Under the pieces are notes generated by a model. That model saw only the letters and a list, made by a program, of their open reading frames with translations, was not told the origin of the DNA and did no database searches. DNA of 55,346 nucleotides from contig RDEW01000028.1 in assembly GCA_011109175.1 (NCBI GenBank), positions 214,450-269,795 of the forward strand, read 5' to 3'. A program made the position numbers and the translations under genes. Shown here piece by piece: positions 11,106-21,847 of the stretch (the first letter of the stretch is position 1; each line of letters opens with the position of its first letter). Source of the stretch: Dicyema japonicum (Eukaryota; Animalia; Dicyemida).

Positions 11106-12335
11106 TCTCTCTTCTTACCGCCCCGTCTCAATAACTTGTGTTTTATCAAAAGTGCTAAAAAAGCTTGTGTTGATGCGTATCTCTCCTGTTCTACATCTAC
11201 CTGAATTTCAACATGGTTTCAGGGCAGACCGTTCTACAACGACTCATTTGGGTTCTATCTCCCAGTTTATTACTGACGGCTTCAACATGAGAACACACTT
11301 ACGGACGGCCTTAGTATTTATCGACATACAGAAGGCCATTGATTCTGTTCCGAGGAAACTCCTACGAAAAAGATTTTTAATTCGAACTTACACCCAAACA
11401 TCAAGCTATGGCTGGAAAACTTCTTAACTGGACGACGGGAAGGATCCGGATTGACAAAACCACTTTAAAATCAAGATTACTCCCCAATTGGGTCCCGCAA
11501 GGCTCCCCTTTATCTCCTCTCCTTTTCAACCTATTTCTACATGACTTACCTACTACCAATGACAAGAACACAATGTTTTTATAATATGCGAACGACCTAA
11601 TTATCGGTGCAAGAGATAAATCTCCTTCGGTGGATATAGCAACTGTTCAGTCATACATAAACCGTGACTGGCTATCTGCAAATATGTTATGTGTGTCAGC
11701 ATCTAAATCCCAGTTCACCATTTTTAGTACTGATAGGAGATTTAAGGATGGACTCGAACTGTTTTTTGGAGATACTTCTATCCCTGCTACGCGGACCCAG
11801 AAGATCCTTGGGAAAGTTATCGACTCTCTGATGACGTTCTCGAGTCACGTGGAGGAGGTGTTTGCCAAGGGTTTTCGGAAATGAAACATTTTAAAAGCGA
11901 TCATAAAGAAGAGCCCTTTCCCCTCTGCTGCTTGCATCAACAAGGTCTATTAACAAGTCATCGTTCCTACCATTGAATATGCCTGCTCCGCCTAGAGATT
12001 TGCGATTCCCTCTTCGGCGGAAAATTATGCACCACACGGACATCCCCATTGGCGGCCTCGTTTCTGATGAGGCGACGTTGAAGAATGGCCAGGGTTTCCT
12101 ACGTTTCTGCAAGGAACTGGGTAACCCACTCAAGGAAAAGGTGGCCCATGCAGAGGAATTTCGGTCGGTAATAAAAAAAGTGCACGCCGATTGAATTCCT
12201 TTGCAGAAGGAAGAGAATGCGTTTCCGGAATGCGGTTGGGTGAAGAGAGTTCGGATGTTGATGGAAGCCGGGATCACCTAATTAGTTAGTTTAGACCTAT
12301 CTTTCCTAGTGGTCTTGGAGTCAAATAAATAAATT
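10970..12335 (+). mobile_element. LINE-A, 5'-truncated, degraded, 3' end intact
   Basis: QHGFRADRSTTTHL, FIDIQKA.DSV and PQGSPLSPLLFN motifs; ORF ends AGIT*, followed by a hairpin and a (TAAA)n tail. Confidence 0.85.
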
Positions 12336-12379
12336 AATGGCACCATGGAAGCTGCAAACGTACACGAGTGGGTAAGGCT

Positions 12380-14040
12380 CATAGTTATTTATTTATTAAC
12401 CCCGGGATCACCAAGAAAGAAAGACAAAAGTAAAGTCAACTAATTAAGTGATCCCAGTTCTCGCAACCAAACGTGTCATCCAAATCCTGTGCGTCTCCAT
12501 TGTTCCCACTGCCGAACGAAAGTGCCTTCTTCGATCCTTGCAGAGGAAGCCGATTGGGGACGGAAATTTCTTTGCCAGTCGATTTTCTTTTGCGTGGAAC
12601 AGTGAGAGGCTGAGTGGGTACCCATCTTCATCGCAAATGCGGAGAAATCCGGAACCACATCTACGAGGTGTAGATTCCGTCAGCAATGGAGGTATTTTTG
12701 TTCCACATTGTGGTCCCAGCATGCGTATTGTTTTCCTTTGCAGTAAGTTTAGTTTTTGGATAGTGGCCTCTGATAACGCGAATCTCCACGTAGCAGAGGC
12801 ATATTCCACAGCCGATTGTATAGCAGATATATGGTTCCGATTGCTTTACTCATATTCGCTGGGGTCTTCTGGATGAAGGCCCGTGTGACATTCAATTTCA
12901 ATAGTCCTTTGGTGAGGACTTGTTTGGCATGGTAGGTAAAATTAAGCAGCCTGTCATTCGCTGGGGTCTTCTGGATGAAGGCCCGTGTGACATTCAATTT
13001 CAATAGTCCTTTGGTGAGGACTTGTTTGGCATGGTAGGTAAAATTAAGCAGCCTGTCGTACGTCACTCCCAGGATTGAGAGGTTTCTTGTGACAGGTATC
13101 CGATTATGTCCGATGAAGATTTCTGGTTCTTTTTTGGACCGCCTGTGGGAGGTGAATAGAGTGCATGTTGATTTTGGAGCCGATACTGAGAGACGGTTAG
13201 CTATCAATCATGGATACAATCCACTTTCTTCTGTGCGAGTGAGACTGCTTCTGATGTCGAACTGCTTCTTGTTGCAATGATGATATCGTCAGCATAAGAA
13301 AGCAGTAGGAAGTCCTTGTCAATGTCTGCTGGCAGGTCGTGGAAGAAAAGGTTGAATAGAGTGGGGGGACAAAGGCGAACCTTGGGACACTCCGTTTGGT
13401 AATAAACGTGATCGTGATCTGAGATGGCCACAGATGACCCTCCCACGTCTTCCAGATAAAAAATTGGCCAGACATAGCTTCAAGTTAAATTTTTGAATCA
13501 AAGATTTTTCCAATTAAATTTTTCCTCGGTACCCAGTCAAACGCCTTGTTGATGTCAATCGAGACCATTGTCGTCCGCATGTGTTTTGGGGTAGTGTTGA
13601 AACCATCCGCAATGAACTGTGAAAGCGTTGATAAGAACGTCGTGGTTGATCTTCCAGAACGGAATCCGTGTTAAAAATCGGTTGAGTTAGAAAAGGGGTA
13701 ATTTCATATAGGATCAACTTTTCCAACACTTTTAATATAGTAGAGGTCAATGAGATTCGTCTGTATGCTGGGATCTCTTTTGGTTTTCCGACCTTATGAA
13801 TTGGAGTGATGAGCGGGTTCGTCCATATTTGGGGGGATAATGTTCCAGTTAATGGACAGGTTAAAAATTTTCGTTAGGTAGCGTATTTGCTTAGGTGTTT
13901 TAGGTGAATTGAAGACACATTGTCTGATCCGCAAACCCATGAGTTCTTTAATCCGGCGATAACCTCTGAGACCTGCTTGTGTGAGAATAGTTTTGGTAAA
14001 GTTTATTGTTCGGTTTGCGGACACGTACTTTGATATCCAG
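12380..14040 (-). mobile_element. LINE-A, 5'-truncated, tail-to-tail with the previous copy
   Basis: NGVSQGSPLSP and LLSYADDIII motifs; ORF ends RTGIT*, followed by a perfect GGGATCAC/GTGATCCC hairpin and a (TAAA)n tail. Confidence 0.88.
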
Positions 14041-14783
14041 TAGTTTAGAGAATTTTTTGAAGCTGATCGCAGCGTAATGTTTTATAAGTAGATTAGAGCG
14101 TAGATCACATTTATTACTGATTACAAAACCATGTGACTGGTAATCTAGTTCATTGATTTTATGTTCTCATTACAATCAGTTGTTTTTCTCATCAGATGAA
14201 ATTAAAAAAAAATTCAAAGTCCACCGCTCCGTCAATCTGTGCGCTCTTTTTTGGATAGATGCAATCTCGTACTTGTCCAGGAAATTTATGGTCACCACAA
14301 AGCGCATACTATTAATGCATGGCTTTATATACTGCTTGTACACTGATTTAATGGCTTCTTATTAATAAAGGCATAAGTCCATCAAGAACAAACGAAAAAT
14401 AAGCAAATGTTTAGTCATTGCAGACGTAGAATCCCTCCAATGAAATGGAGGAGAGAAAATGAGCCTTTTTTGAACAAGAAATGTGTACCAACTGAAACAG
14501 TTGGATAAAATGACGCCACTCAGGAGAATAAGGGAGAGATAAAAGAAAGCAAAAGAGATTTTGAACCAAATAGCCACTTAGCGCCATGCTCATGTCCATG
14601 GGGGGTTATTTTTTAATTATTAAAAAGAGATATAAGTTAACAACGATCTAATTAAATGATCCAAATATTCTTCATGAGAGGAATTTAACTAGAGTCTTTT
14701 CGTTATTAAATAAATCGAAAAACACTTAAATTTTAAAATATTTTATTTAAATTCTTAATAAAATTAATTTTGTTGATTGTTAT

Positions 14784-15395
14784 ATGACTCTTATAAAGAC
14801 GATCGCCAAAGTCACTTCAAAGTGTGTCAATTCCAAAAACTTCACTGCGGACGTGCAAGAATTGCAAAGTCTTCTGTCCTGCTTAAAAAAATCTGATTTA
14901 AACTTCACAGGATGTGCGGACTACGACCTGACCACATACAGACAGATATTCCTGAATTTATACGAGAACAGCATGTTCACCACATTTATCGTCGTTTTGG
15001 CGGAGAACGCCCGGCTTCCTCTCCACGACCACAAGAATATGAACGGCTTCGTCAAAATAATAGAGGGATCTGCCAGAATTCAGTCTTATAGTCCCCTAAC
15101 ACGTGATTCTACCGGTGTGTTGTGCAGAAGGGAGTATGATTCTACGGTTAGTTGGGATTCTACCAATTGTGTGCATTTGTCTCCTATTGTTGGGAATATT
15201 CACGAGATCTCTGCAAACGGCGGCCCCTGCGCCTTTTTTGACGTTCTTTTTCCTCCCTATGAAGAGGACTGCGTGTTCTTTGACAAAACTGGAGACTGTG
15301 AGCAAGATCTGGTGAAGCTGAGAGTCCGGGACTTTCCCCCTGATGACTTTTCTCCCGTTTCCTGTAATTTTGATATTCCTGGCCTGTTTGACTAA
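14784..15395 (+). CDS. ADO: 2-aminoethanethiol (cysteamine) dioxygenase, PCO_ADO cupin family; single exon
   Basis: 203-aa ORF with LPLHDHKNMNGFVKIIEG, NIHEI and AFFDVLFPPY; the His-x-His...His metal triad is intact. Confidence 0.9.
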   Translation: MTLIKTIAKVTSKCVNSKNFTADVQELQSLLSCLKKSDLNFTGCADYDLTTYRQIFLNLYENSMFTTFIVVLAENARLPLHDHKNMNGFVKIIEGSARIQSYSPLTRDSTGVLCRREYDSTVSWDSTNCVHLSPIVGNIHEISANGGPCAFFDVLFPPYEEDCVFFDKTGDCEQDLVKLRVRDFPPDDFSPVSCNFDIPGLFD

Positions 15396-15399
15396 TCTA

Positions 15400-16860
15400 A
15401 TTGTGGTTATTTGTGGTTTGCAGCATTGTTTGCATTATTGTATACTTGTCTTTGGCCTGGGGACCTGTTATCCCTCATAATCATATAGCCAATGGGCTTA
15501 TTCAGACTATGCAAGTGTTTTTGGGAGTTATTGATACCCCGTGGGAATTTTGTTAGGTGGGCAATAATTTTTATAGTCAATTTACGAAATATTATTAGGA
15601 GTGCACTACACGAGTCATATTTGGTAAATCTTTGAACTAATGAGGTAATATATTCCGATCTGCTCAACCGGAACTAAAATATTCTACTATGAGGATTTCC
15701 TATTACTAATATACTGAGAAGGACTGTAATAATAGACTGAAATAGTCTTAATGAACATCCAATTGTCCACCCCTAATTGTGGATATATTTATTCTTCCTT
15801 GCCTCATATAAGAGTTTAGAGTACCTAAAGGTATAAAAATAATGGTAATTTCAACTTTGATTGGAGGTGATGAGAGTCATCTTAGAGAAACTTGAACAAG
15901 GGTTTGTGGTATAAACGTGTTGAATTAGTATCATCAGCATAAAATCATATTAATTATCATCCTACACGTTCAACTTCTACAGATAGTCTCCCAAATTCTC
16001 ATNTGCTCAACCGGAACTAAAATATTCTACTATGAGGATTTCCTATTACTAATATACTGAGAAGGACTGTAATAATAGACTGAAATAGTCTTAACGAACA
16101 TCCAATTGTCCACCCCTAATTGTGGATATATTTATTCTTCCTTGCCTCATATAAGAGTTTAGAGTACGTAAAGGTATAAAAATAATGGTAATTTCAACTT
16201 TGAGTGGAAGTGATGAGAGTCATTTTAGAGAAAATTGAACAAGGGTTTGTGGTATAAACGCGTTGAATTAGTATCATCAGCATAAAATCATATTAATTAT
16301 CATCCTACACGTTCAACTTCTACAGATAGTCTCCAAAATTCTCATGAAATATGAGACGGAATTCGATAGCTGATTGCATTTCTTTTGTTGTTAACTTTTG
16401 ATTTCAATGTCTTGAGTTAGTCACCCCGTTTATGATCACAAGCGTATACATTGGTGTTATAAATTGTTTCAAGACAGGCGGTTTTTGTGTCATAAAGATT
16501 AGTGTCTATGACGACAGGTTACCTCTTGTCCAGGTTAGCCTTCAACTTCCCTGGCACACCAGATCCATCTGACTGATCTCTAGGAGTGATTTTGGTTGTT
16601 GCATTCATGTTAGTCATTGTTACCTTAGAATAGAGGCATATAAGATTAGTCACCAATATCAGTGTTGTTGACTGGCAGAGTTAAGGAATATTAAGTTCAT
16701 CCCCAAATATGAATCTGTAAATTGAAGAACATGCAAATAGTAGTGTAGATGGTCGACTGGAGTAGGACATAACCAATGATAATTATTATTTTTGCTTTTT
16801 TGAAGGCCATTTGAGTTTGAAAAGGAATGAAATCAAAATGGAGGTGCATAATACGTAAAA
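15400..16860 (-). mobile_element. Heavily degraded APE-type LINE (CR1/L2-like) RT remnant, with an internal ~340 nt duplication
   Basis: FYADDTN motif, RSEYITSL-like C-terminal motif and many stops; 15660-16002 repeated after the n at 16003. Confidence 0.5.
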
Positions 16861-16916
16861 TCTGTTTGTAAAGTGAATACTTCTTTGGGTAATTCTTGAT
16901 AGGACTCCAATAATGT

Positions 16917-19480
16917 ATGGAAGAGGTTGAACTTAGTTATAACCACCATCCTCGCAGAATAGGATTGTTAATGAATGGTCTTTTTAGAAATAACATAGTA
17001 GTATGGAAGGAGGTTCCCTGTGCCAATATTAACTCTCCCGTTAATTACCCATCAACCACGGACCCTGATACATTCCTACGTCTCATCTTTGAATTACGCT
17101 CTCCATGGATTATCCCTGTGAAGATTCCCAAGGCCGTACGAACTGTTGTTGGAGAGGCTTTTTCCAAAACGATCGAAGATACCCTCCGGACTAACGCAGT
17201 ACATGATTGGATGCGCTTATTCAGTTTTGCGCCTTCCGCACTGGGACTTGATCGAGATGGTCACGAAAAGGAGTCTCTCGCTACCACCATGAGGACCAAC
17301 ATTCATTCTTTTTTGGAAGGTATCCACATCCCCAGTTGTCTCATGGATTCTAACCGTACGAGGGAGACACGTGGTCATAACGAGGAAATCGAAGTACTCC
17401 GTCTCAAGAGAACTATCCGTTCGAAGTTAATCGAAGGTGGCAACCGCGCAGCCATCAGGGCATTTTCCTCGAGTGGACCACGAAAACTCCAGACGCCTAC
17501 AATATTTTACTGAATAAGCATCCATTTCCACCCCAAAACCTACGCAAAGTCGCTCCTCCATCCAGAGTGAGTCCCCTGATTACATCAAACGATGAAGTTC
17601 TTGTCGTAATACGGAATTTTGACCCTAGTAGCAGTGACGGGCTCGACGGAATGAGACCTGGCTACCTGAAGAATCTGACCTCTTTATCCGCCATGTCCTG
17701 TTCTCCGCCAATTTGATAGCCTTTGATAAGAAGTGAGGCGAAGTACGACCAATTGCAATCTGGTTTGTCTTCAGATGACTGGCTGCTAAAATTGCCTCCG
17801 GTTCAAAATTCTTGAACCCCCCTCAAGTAGGCGTCGGTATTCACTTGGGATGCGAGGCCGCTGTCCATTCAGTGAGGACATTTTTAAACCACAGTATAGA
17901 AGATTTCCGGAGACATGTCCAGGTCAAACTGGACATCAAGAACGCTTTCAATAATCTAAGGATGGACAATATCCTGGAGGCGTGTTGAGAGATGCCCTAA
18001 TATTTTCGAATTTGTGAATCAGTCATACAGTCTGCCCTCATCCCTACTTTTTGGGAACTACCTAATCCATTCATATTCTGGAGTGCAACAGGGAGATCCC
18101 CTTGGACTCCTATTGTTTTGCCTTGCAATGGAGAAAATCGCTAAACTTCCGTGCTCGCCCCTCAACCTATGGTATCNGTCAAACTGGACATCAAGAACGC
18201 CTTCAATAGTCTAAGGAGGGACAATATCCTAGAGGCGTGTGTTGAAAGATGCCCTAAAATTTACAAATTTATGAATCAGTCATGCAAGCTATCTTCATCC
18301 TTACTTTTCGGGGACTACCTAATCCATTCGTATTCTGGAGTACAACAGGGAGATCTCCTTGGACTCTTATTGTTTTGTCTTGCAGTGGAGAAAATCACCA
18401 AACTTCCGTGCTCGCCCCTAAACTAATGGTATCTGGATATGCGGTCCTCGGAGGACCGCCGGATACTGTTTTCCGAGATTTGGAAGTGATAATTCCAGCT
18501 TTGTTGGAGGCTGGACTGAAATCCTCAATTGCGGACTTTCAGAGGAGAAGTATTCAAAAGCTTTGTCATGTTTCGGAAATTTACTGCCTGGAAATACTTC
18601 CACACCCGATGAAGAACTTATATTCCTCGGATCCCCGATCATCATAAATGCAATGGGAAGAGCTATACGTGAAAAACGACTGTCACTCGGAGAGACTCTG
18701 AACCGCTTGTGTCTACTTGATATACAATTCTACACTCCCTACCCGAATTCTCAATTGACCAAGACATAACCCACGCACGAGAAGCCTGGAATGTCACCTA
18801 CCTTCCCCTGCCTCCTTCACAAGACTGCCAGCGAAACCTGGATAATTTACTGTGTCGGAAATCATTTGACTCATTCGATCAGCATCGATGCGCTTGTTTG
18901 CTTTCGGGGGTTTCCACTGAAAGCGGAGCTTGGCTAAACGCCATCCCAAATGGACCTCTGGGCACGTTTCTGGATAATGAATGCGTTAGAAGTGGTCTCT
19001 CTCTGCGGCTGGGACTGAAAGTATGAGCACCTCACCCGTGCCGATGTGGCATCCTGATAGACTGTTGTGGCCTACACCCTCTCGCCTGCAAGAAGAGCGC
19101 TGGAAGATCTCCAAGGCACAAGGCTCTGAATGAGATTTTCAAACGGGCTATGGATGCTGCTGGATACTCGGCCATTCTTGAACCGGTCGGGTTATGCAGA
19201 AGTGACGGAAAACGACCGGACGGGATGATTATATTTCCTTTTGAGGCCGGGAAACCACTTGTTTGGGACGTGACATATACAGACACGTTCGCCTCGAACA
19301 ATCTTCACGAGTGTGCTTCAAGGGCCTGCTCTGCAGCCGTCAAGGCGGAGAAGCCAAACTCAGAAAATACGGCGACCTTCCCGTTAATGTCCAATTTGTT
19401 CCGCNTTGTGATAAATGGTTTCCACATTATATAACGTTAGCCTATTCCCTTTTTGCTACAGGGAGATTGAATTGTTAGCT
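16917..19480 (+). mobile_element. CRE-like RLE non-LTR retrotransposon, 5'-truncated and degraded
   Basis: IPVKIPKAVR..WMRLFSFAP, LDIKNAFNS, GVQQGDPLG, HPCRCG..HPLACKKSAGRSPRH and RSDGKRPDG..PLVWDVT. Confidence 0.88.
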
Positions 19481-19529
19481 TGCGTCGTGTGGTTCACCAT
19501 CTTTGGTGGCGTCAGATATAATCCTAAAT

Positions 19530-19667
19530 TATATGCAAAAAGGGCCATTAGTCAAAAAGGATTCAGAGCATGCGAAGACTGGTGAGAAAGGTCGGGATCA
19601 CTTGAATTTTGGCTATGACGGTGGTTTTCTGGTTCAATAAATTTAATAATAATAATAATAATAATAA
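19530..19667 (+). mobile_element. LINE-A 3' terminal fragment with (AAT)n tail
   Basis: RRLVRKVGIT* end, GGGATCAC...GTGGTTTT hairpin, then (aat)n. Confidence 0.7.
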
Positions 19668-19901
19668 AGCCTTTTCACGAGAGCCATAGTATTTTATAGC
19701 TCCGCATAGGCAGGAAACACACTTTATTTAAGTAAAGAACAGTTAATTTTAACTAAACGTAGAACCAAAGAATGATCTTCACTTCTTTTTTTTCTTTTTC
19801 TTGTGTGAGTGTCCTTTCTAGACAAATCCAGTTCCGCAGTGAGTATTCACTGATGACGGCGTCACTCGTCAAACCATTTCTGCATCGTAGATGCGTGGAA
19901 C
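19668..19901 (-). mobile_element. tRNA-derived SINE, copy 1 (head lost in the gap)
   Basis: High identity to 32667-32878. Confidence 0.8.
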
Positions 19902-20079
19902 NNNNNNNNNNNNNNNNNNNNNNNNNNNNNNNNNNNNNNNNNNNNNNNNNNNNNNNNNNNNNNNNNNNNNNNNNNNNNNNNNNNNNNNNNNNNNNNNNNN
20001 NNNNNNNNNNNNNNNNNNNNNNNNNNNNNNNNNNNNNNNNNNNNNNNNNNNNNNNNNNNNNNNNNNNNNNNNNNNNNNN
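19902..20079. other. Assembly gap
   Basis: N run. Confidence 1.
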
Positions 20080-21745
20080 TTTTCACTGCTGGTAGTTAGG
20101 CGATTCTTCGATACCCATTTGTCAAGACGGTCCAGGATTTCTTGCAATTTCGAAGTAGCAATTTGGATGTCCTGGTCGCGTGACGCAATGACAATGTCGT
20201 CGGCATAAGTTAAAATAATATCATTTTCGGAGTCTGGAGTGGGGAGGTCCGCCATGAGTTGAATAAAACTGAAGACAAAGGGGATCCTTGGGGAACCCCA
20301 TTAGGGAGAAGCCGTGAAATAGACCTTGACTGGCCAATCCAGACGCGTCCCCTCCGACCACTAAAGAAGTTACCTAGCCAGAGTTTGAGCTTTCCAGGGA
20401 TCTTTGGTAAATTTTCCAAGTAAGAATGCTCCTTGAGACAGAGTCAAAAGCTTTGTGGACATCTATGGAGCAAAGTACAGTCTTATGTGTCCCGGCCTGT
20501 GCTAGAAACCATATCGTATAAAGTTAATCAATGCAGATAAGTGGGTCAAAGTAAATTTCTTTTTAAAACCATGTTAAAATGACAAGTCGGGAAGGAAATT
20601 TTTGATTTTCGCAAAAACCAGCCTTTCCAGAATTTTCGACACCGAACACAATAACGCGACCGGTCTGTATGAAGCTGGGTCCTTCTTTGCTTTACCAGGT
20701 TTCAAAATTGTACGTAGGTGGGCTAGCTTCCATAATGCTGGAATACAAATTTTTGTTAATGGAGTGATTGAATATCTTCGCATCGATTCCATAGTCTCCC
20801 AGATTCTTTAGAAGGATCATTGGGATCTTATCCGCTCCGTTAGAATAGGTTAATGGTTTTCAATGCATATCTCACGTCGTTTCCAGCATAGTGAATCGTA
20901 TCCTGTTCCTTTTTTCGGTTTACTGAGATGTTTCGGGGATACATCCGACTTCTTATGGTCTTTATGGGATATTTTCACATAGTATTTTATTAGGCTGTTT
21001 AAATCCTTTTAACTGTGATCCACCTCGGACAATCTTTCACCCTCTATTGATGTGTGTCGGATAGTCCTCCAAATTTCAGTAGTGGGTCTATTTCTATTCA
21101 ACGAGGAAAACACATGCTTTCATTTTGATATTTGTGCTTTTACCTCCCTGTTTTTTAGTTCCTTGTTCAAAGCCATAAGTCTTAACTTATCTTCAGTAGT
21201 TAATCGGCCAGACTTTTTGAGTTAGTTTCTTTCCTTAGTTAATACTGACCTGCTATATCCCCTGGTGTAGTTAAGGTGGTGTTTAGGTACAGTGATCTCG
21301 CATCCAAGATAGTGCGTTTTACAAAAGCGACTACTTTGTCCATGGAAGTAATACCATCCAGGTACTGCAGTAGGTTGTCAGTAAGTGTATGGTAAAGTCT
21401 CAAGTCTACGCGTTTCTAGTTGAATTGTTGTGGGAACCAACTCCTAGTTGACGTTTCTCTCTTGATCTTCAAAATGATGGCATCATGGTCACTTCTTGAG
21501 CTGTAAGTGACTGACCGAGTCGATATTGCCGCCAGGCCGGGGGATCAAAGCGTGATGTCTGGAGAAGTTAGTTGGTCTGACTCCCTGAAGCGGGTTCTCG
21601 TATGTTTTGACGGGTCATTCATGAACGTGAAAGGTCCTGTCTGCGAAAGTACTACTTTTCCTCTTGAGTCGGACGGTTGACTTGCCAGCCATAGAGGGTG
21701 TTTGGCGTTGATATCCCCGCTAATGATCACGTCGTTCAAAGTTAT
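20080..21745 (-). mobile_element. LINE-A (end of APE domain through RT)
   Basis: VIISGDINAKHPLW..SPDITL (APE); YRPVALLCSVSKILERL, NGVPQGSPLS and LTYADDIVI (RT). Confidence 0.9.
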
Positions 21746-21847
21746 TAAATAAATAAAAAAACCCTGTAAATGACAGAATAAGATTTAAATTAATTAAAAA
21801 TAACAAATTTTAAAGATAATGTTTAAATTAATAAAAGTATATTCCCA

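Noticed and set aside
14150-14600. Small hydrophobic minus-strand gene head-to-head with ADO
   Set aside because: One plausible 24-nt intron, but no stable reading frame or family could be established
19845-19875. CTGATGA...AAAC in the SINE body, hammerhead/Penelope-like
   Set aside because: It lacks the GAAA after stem II, has no stems I/III, and lies antisense to the SINE transcript
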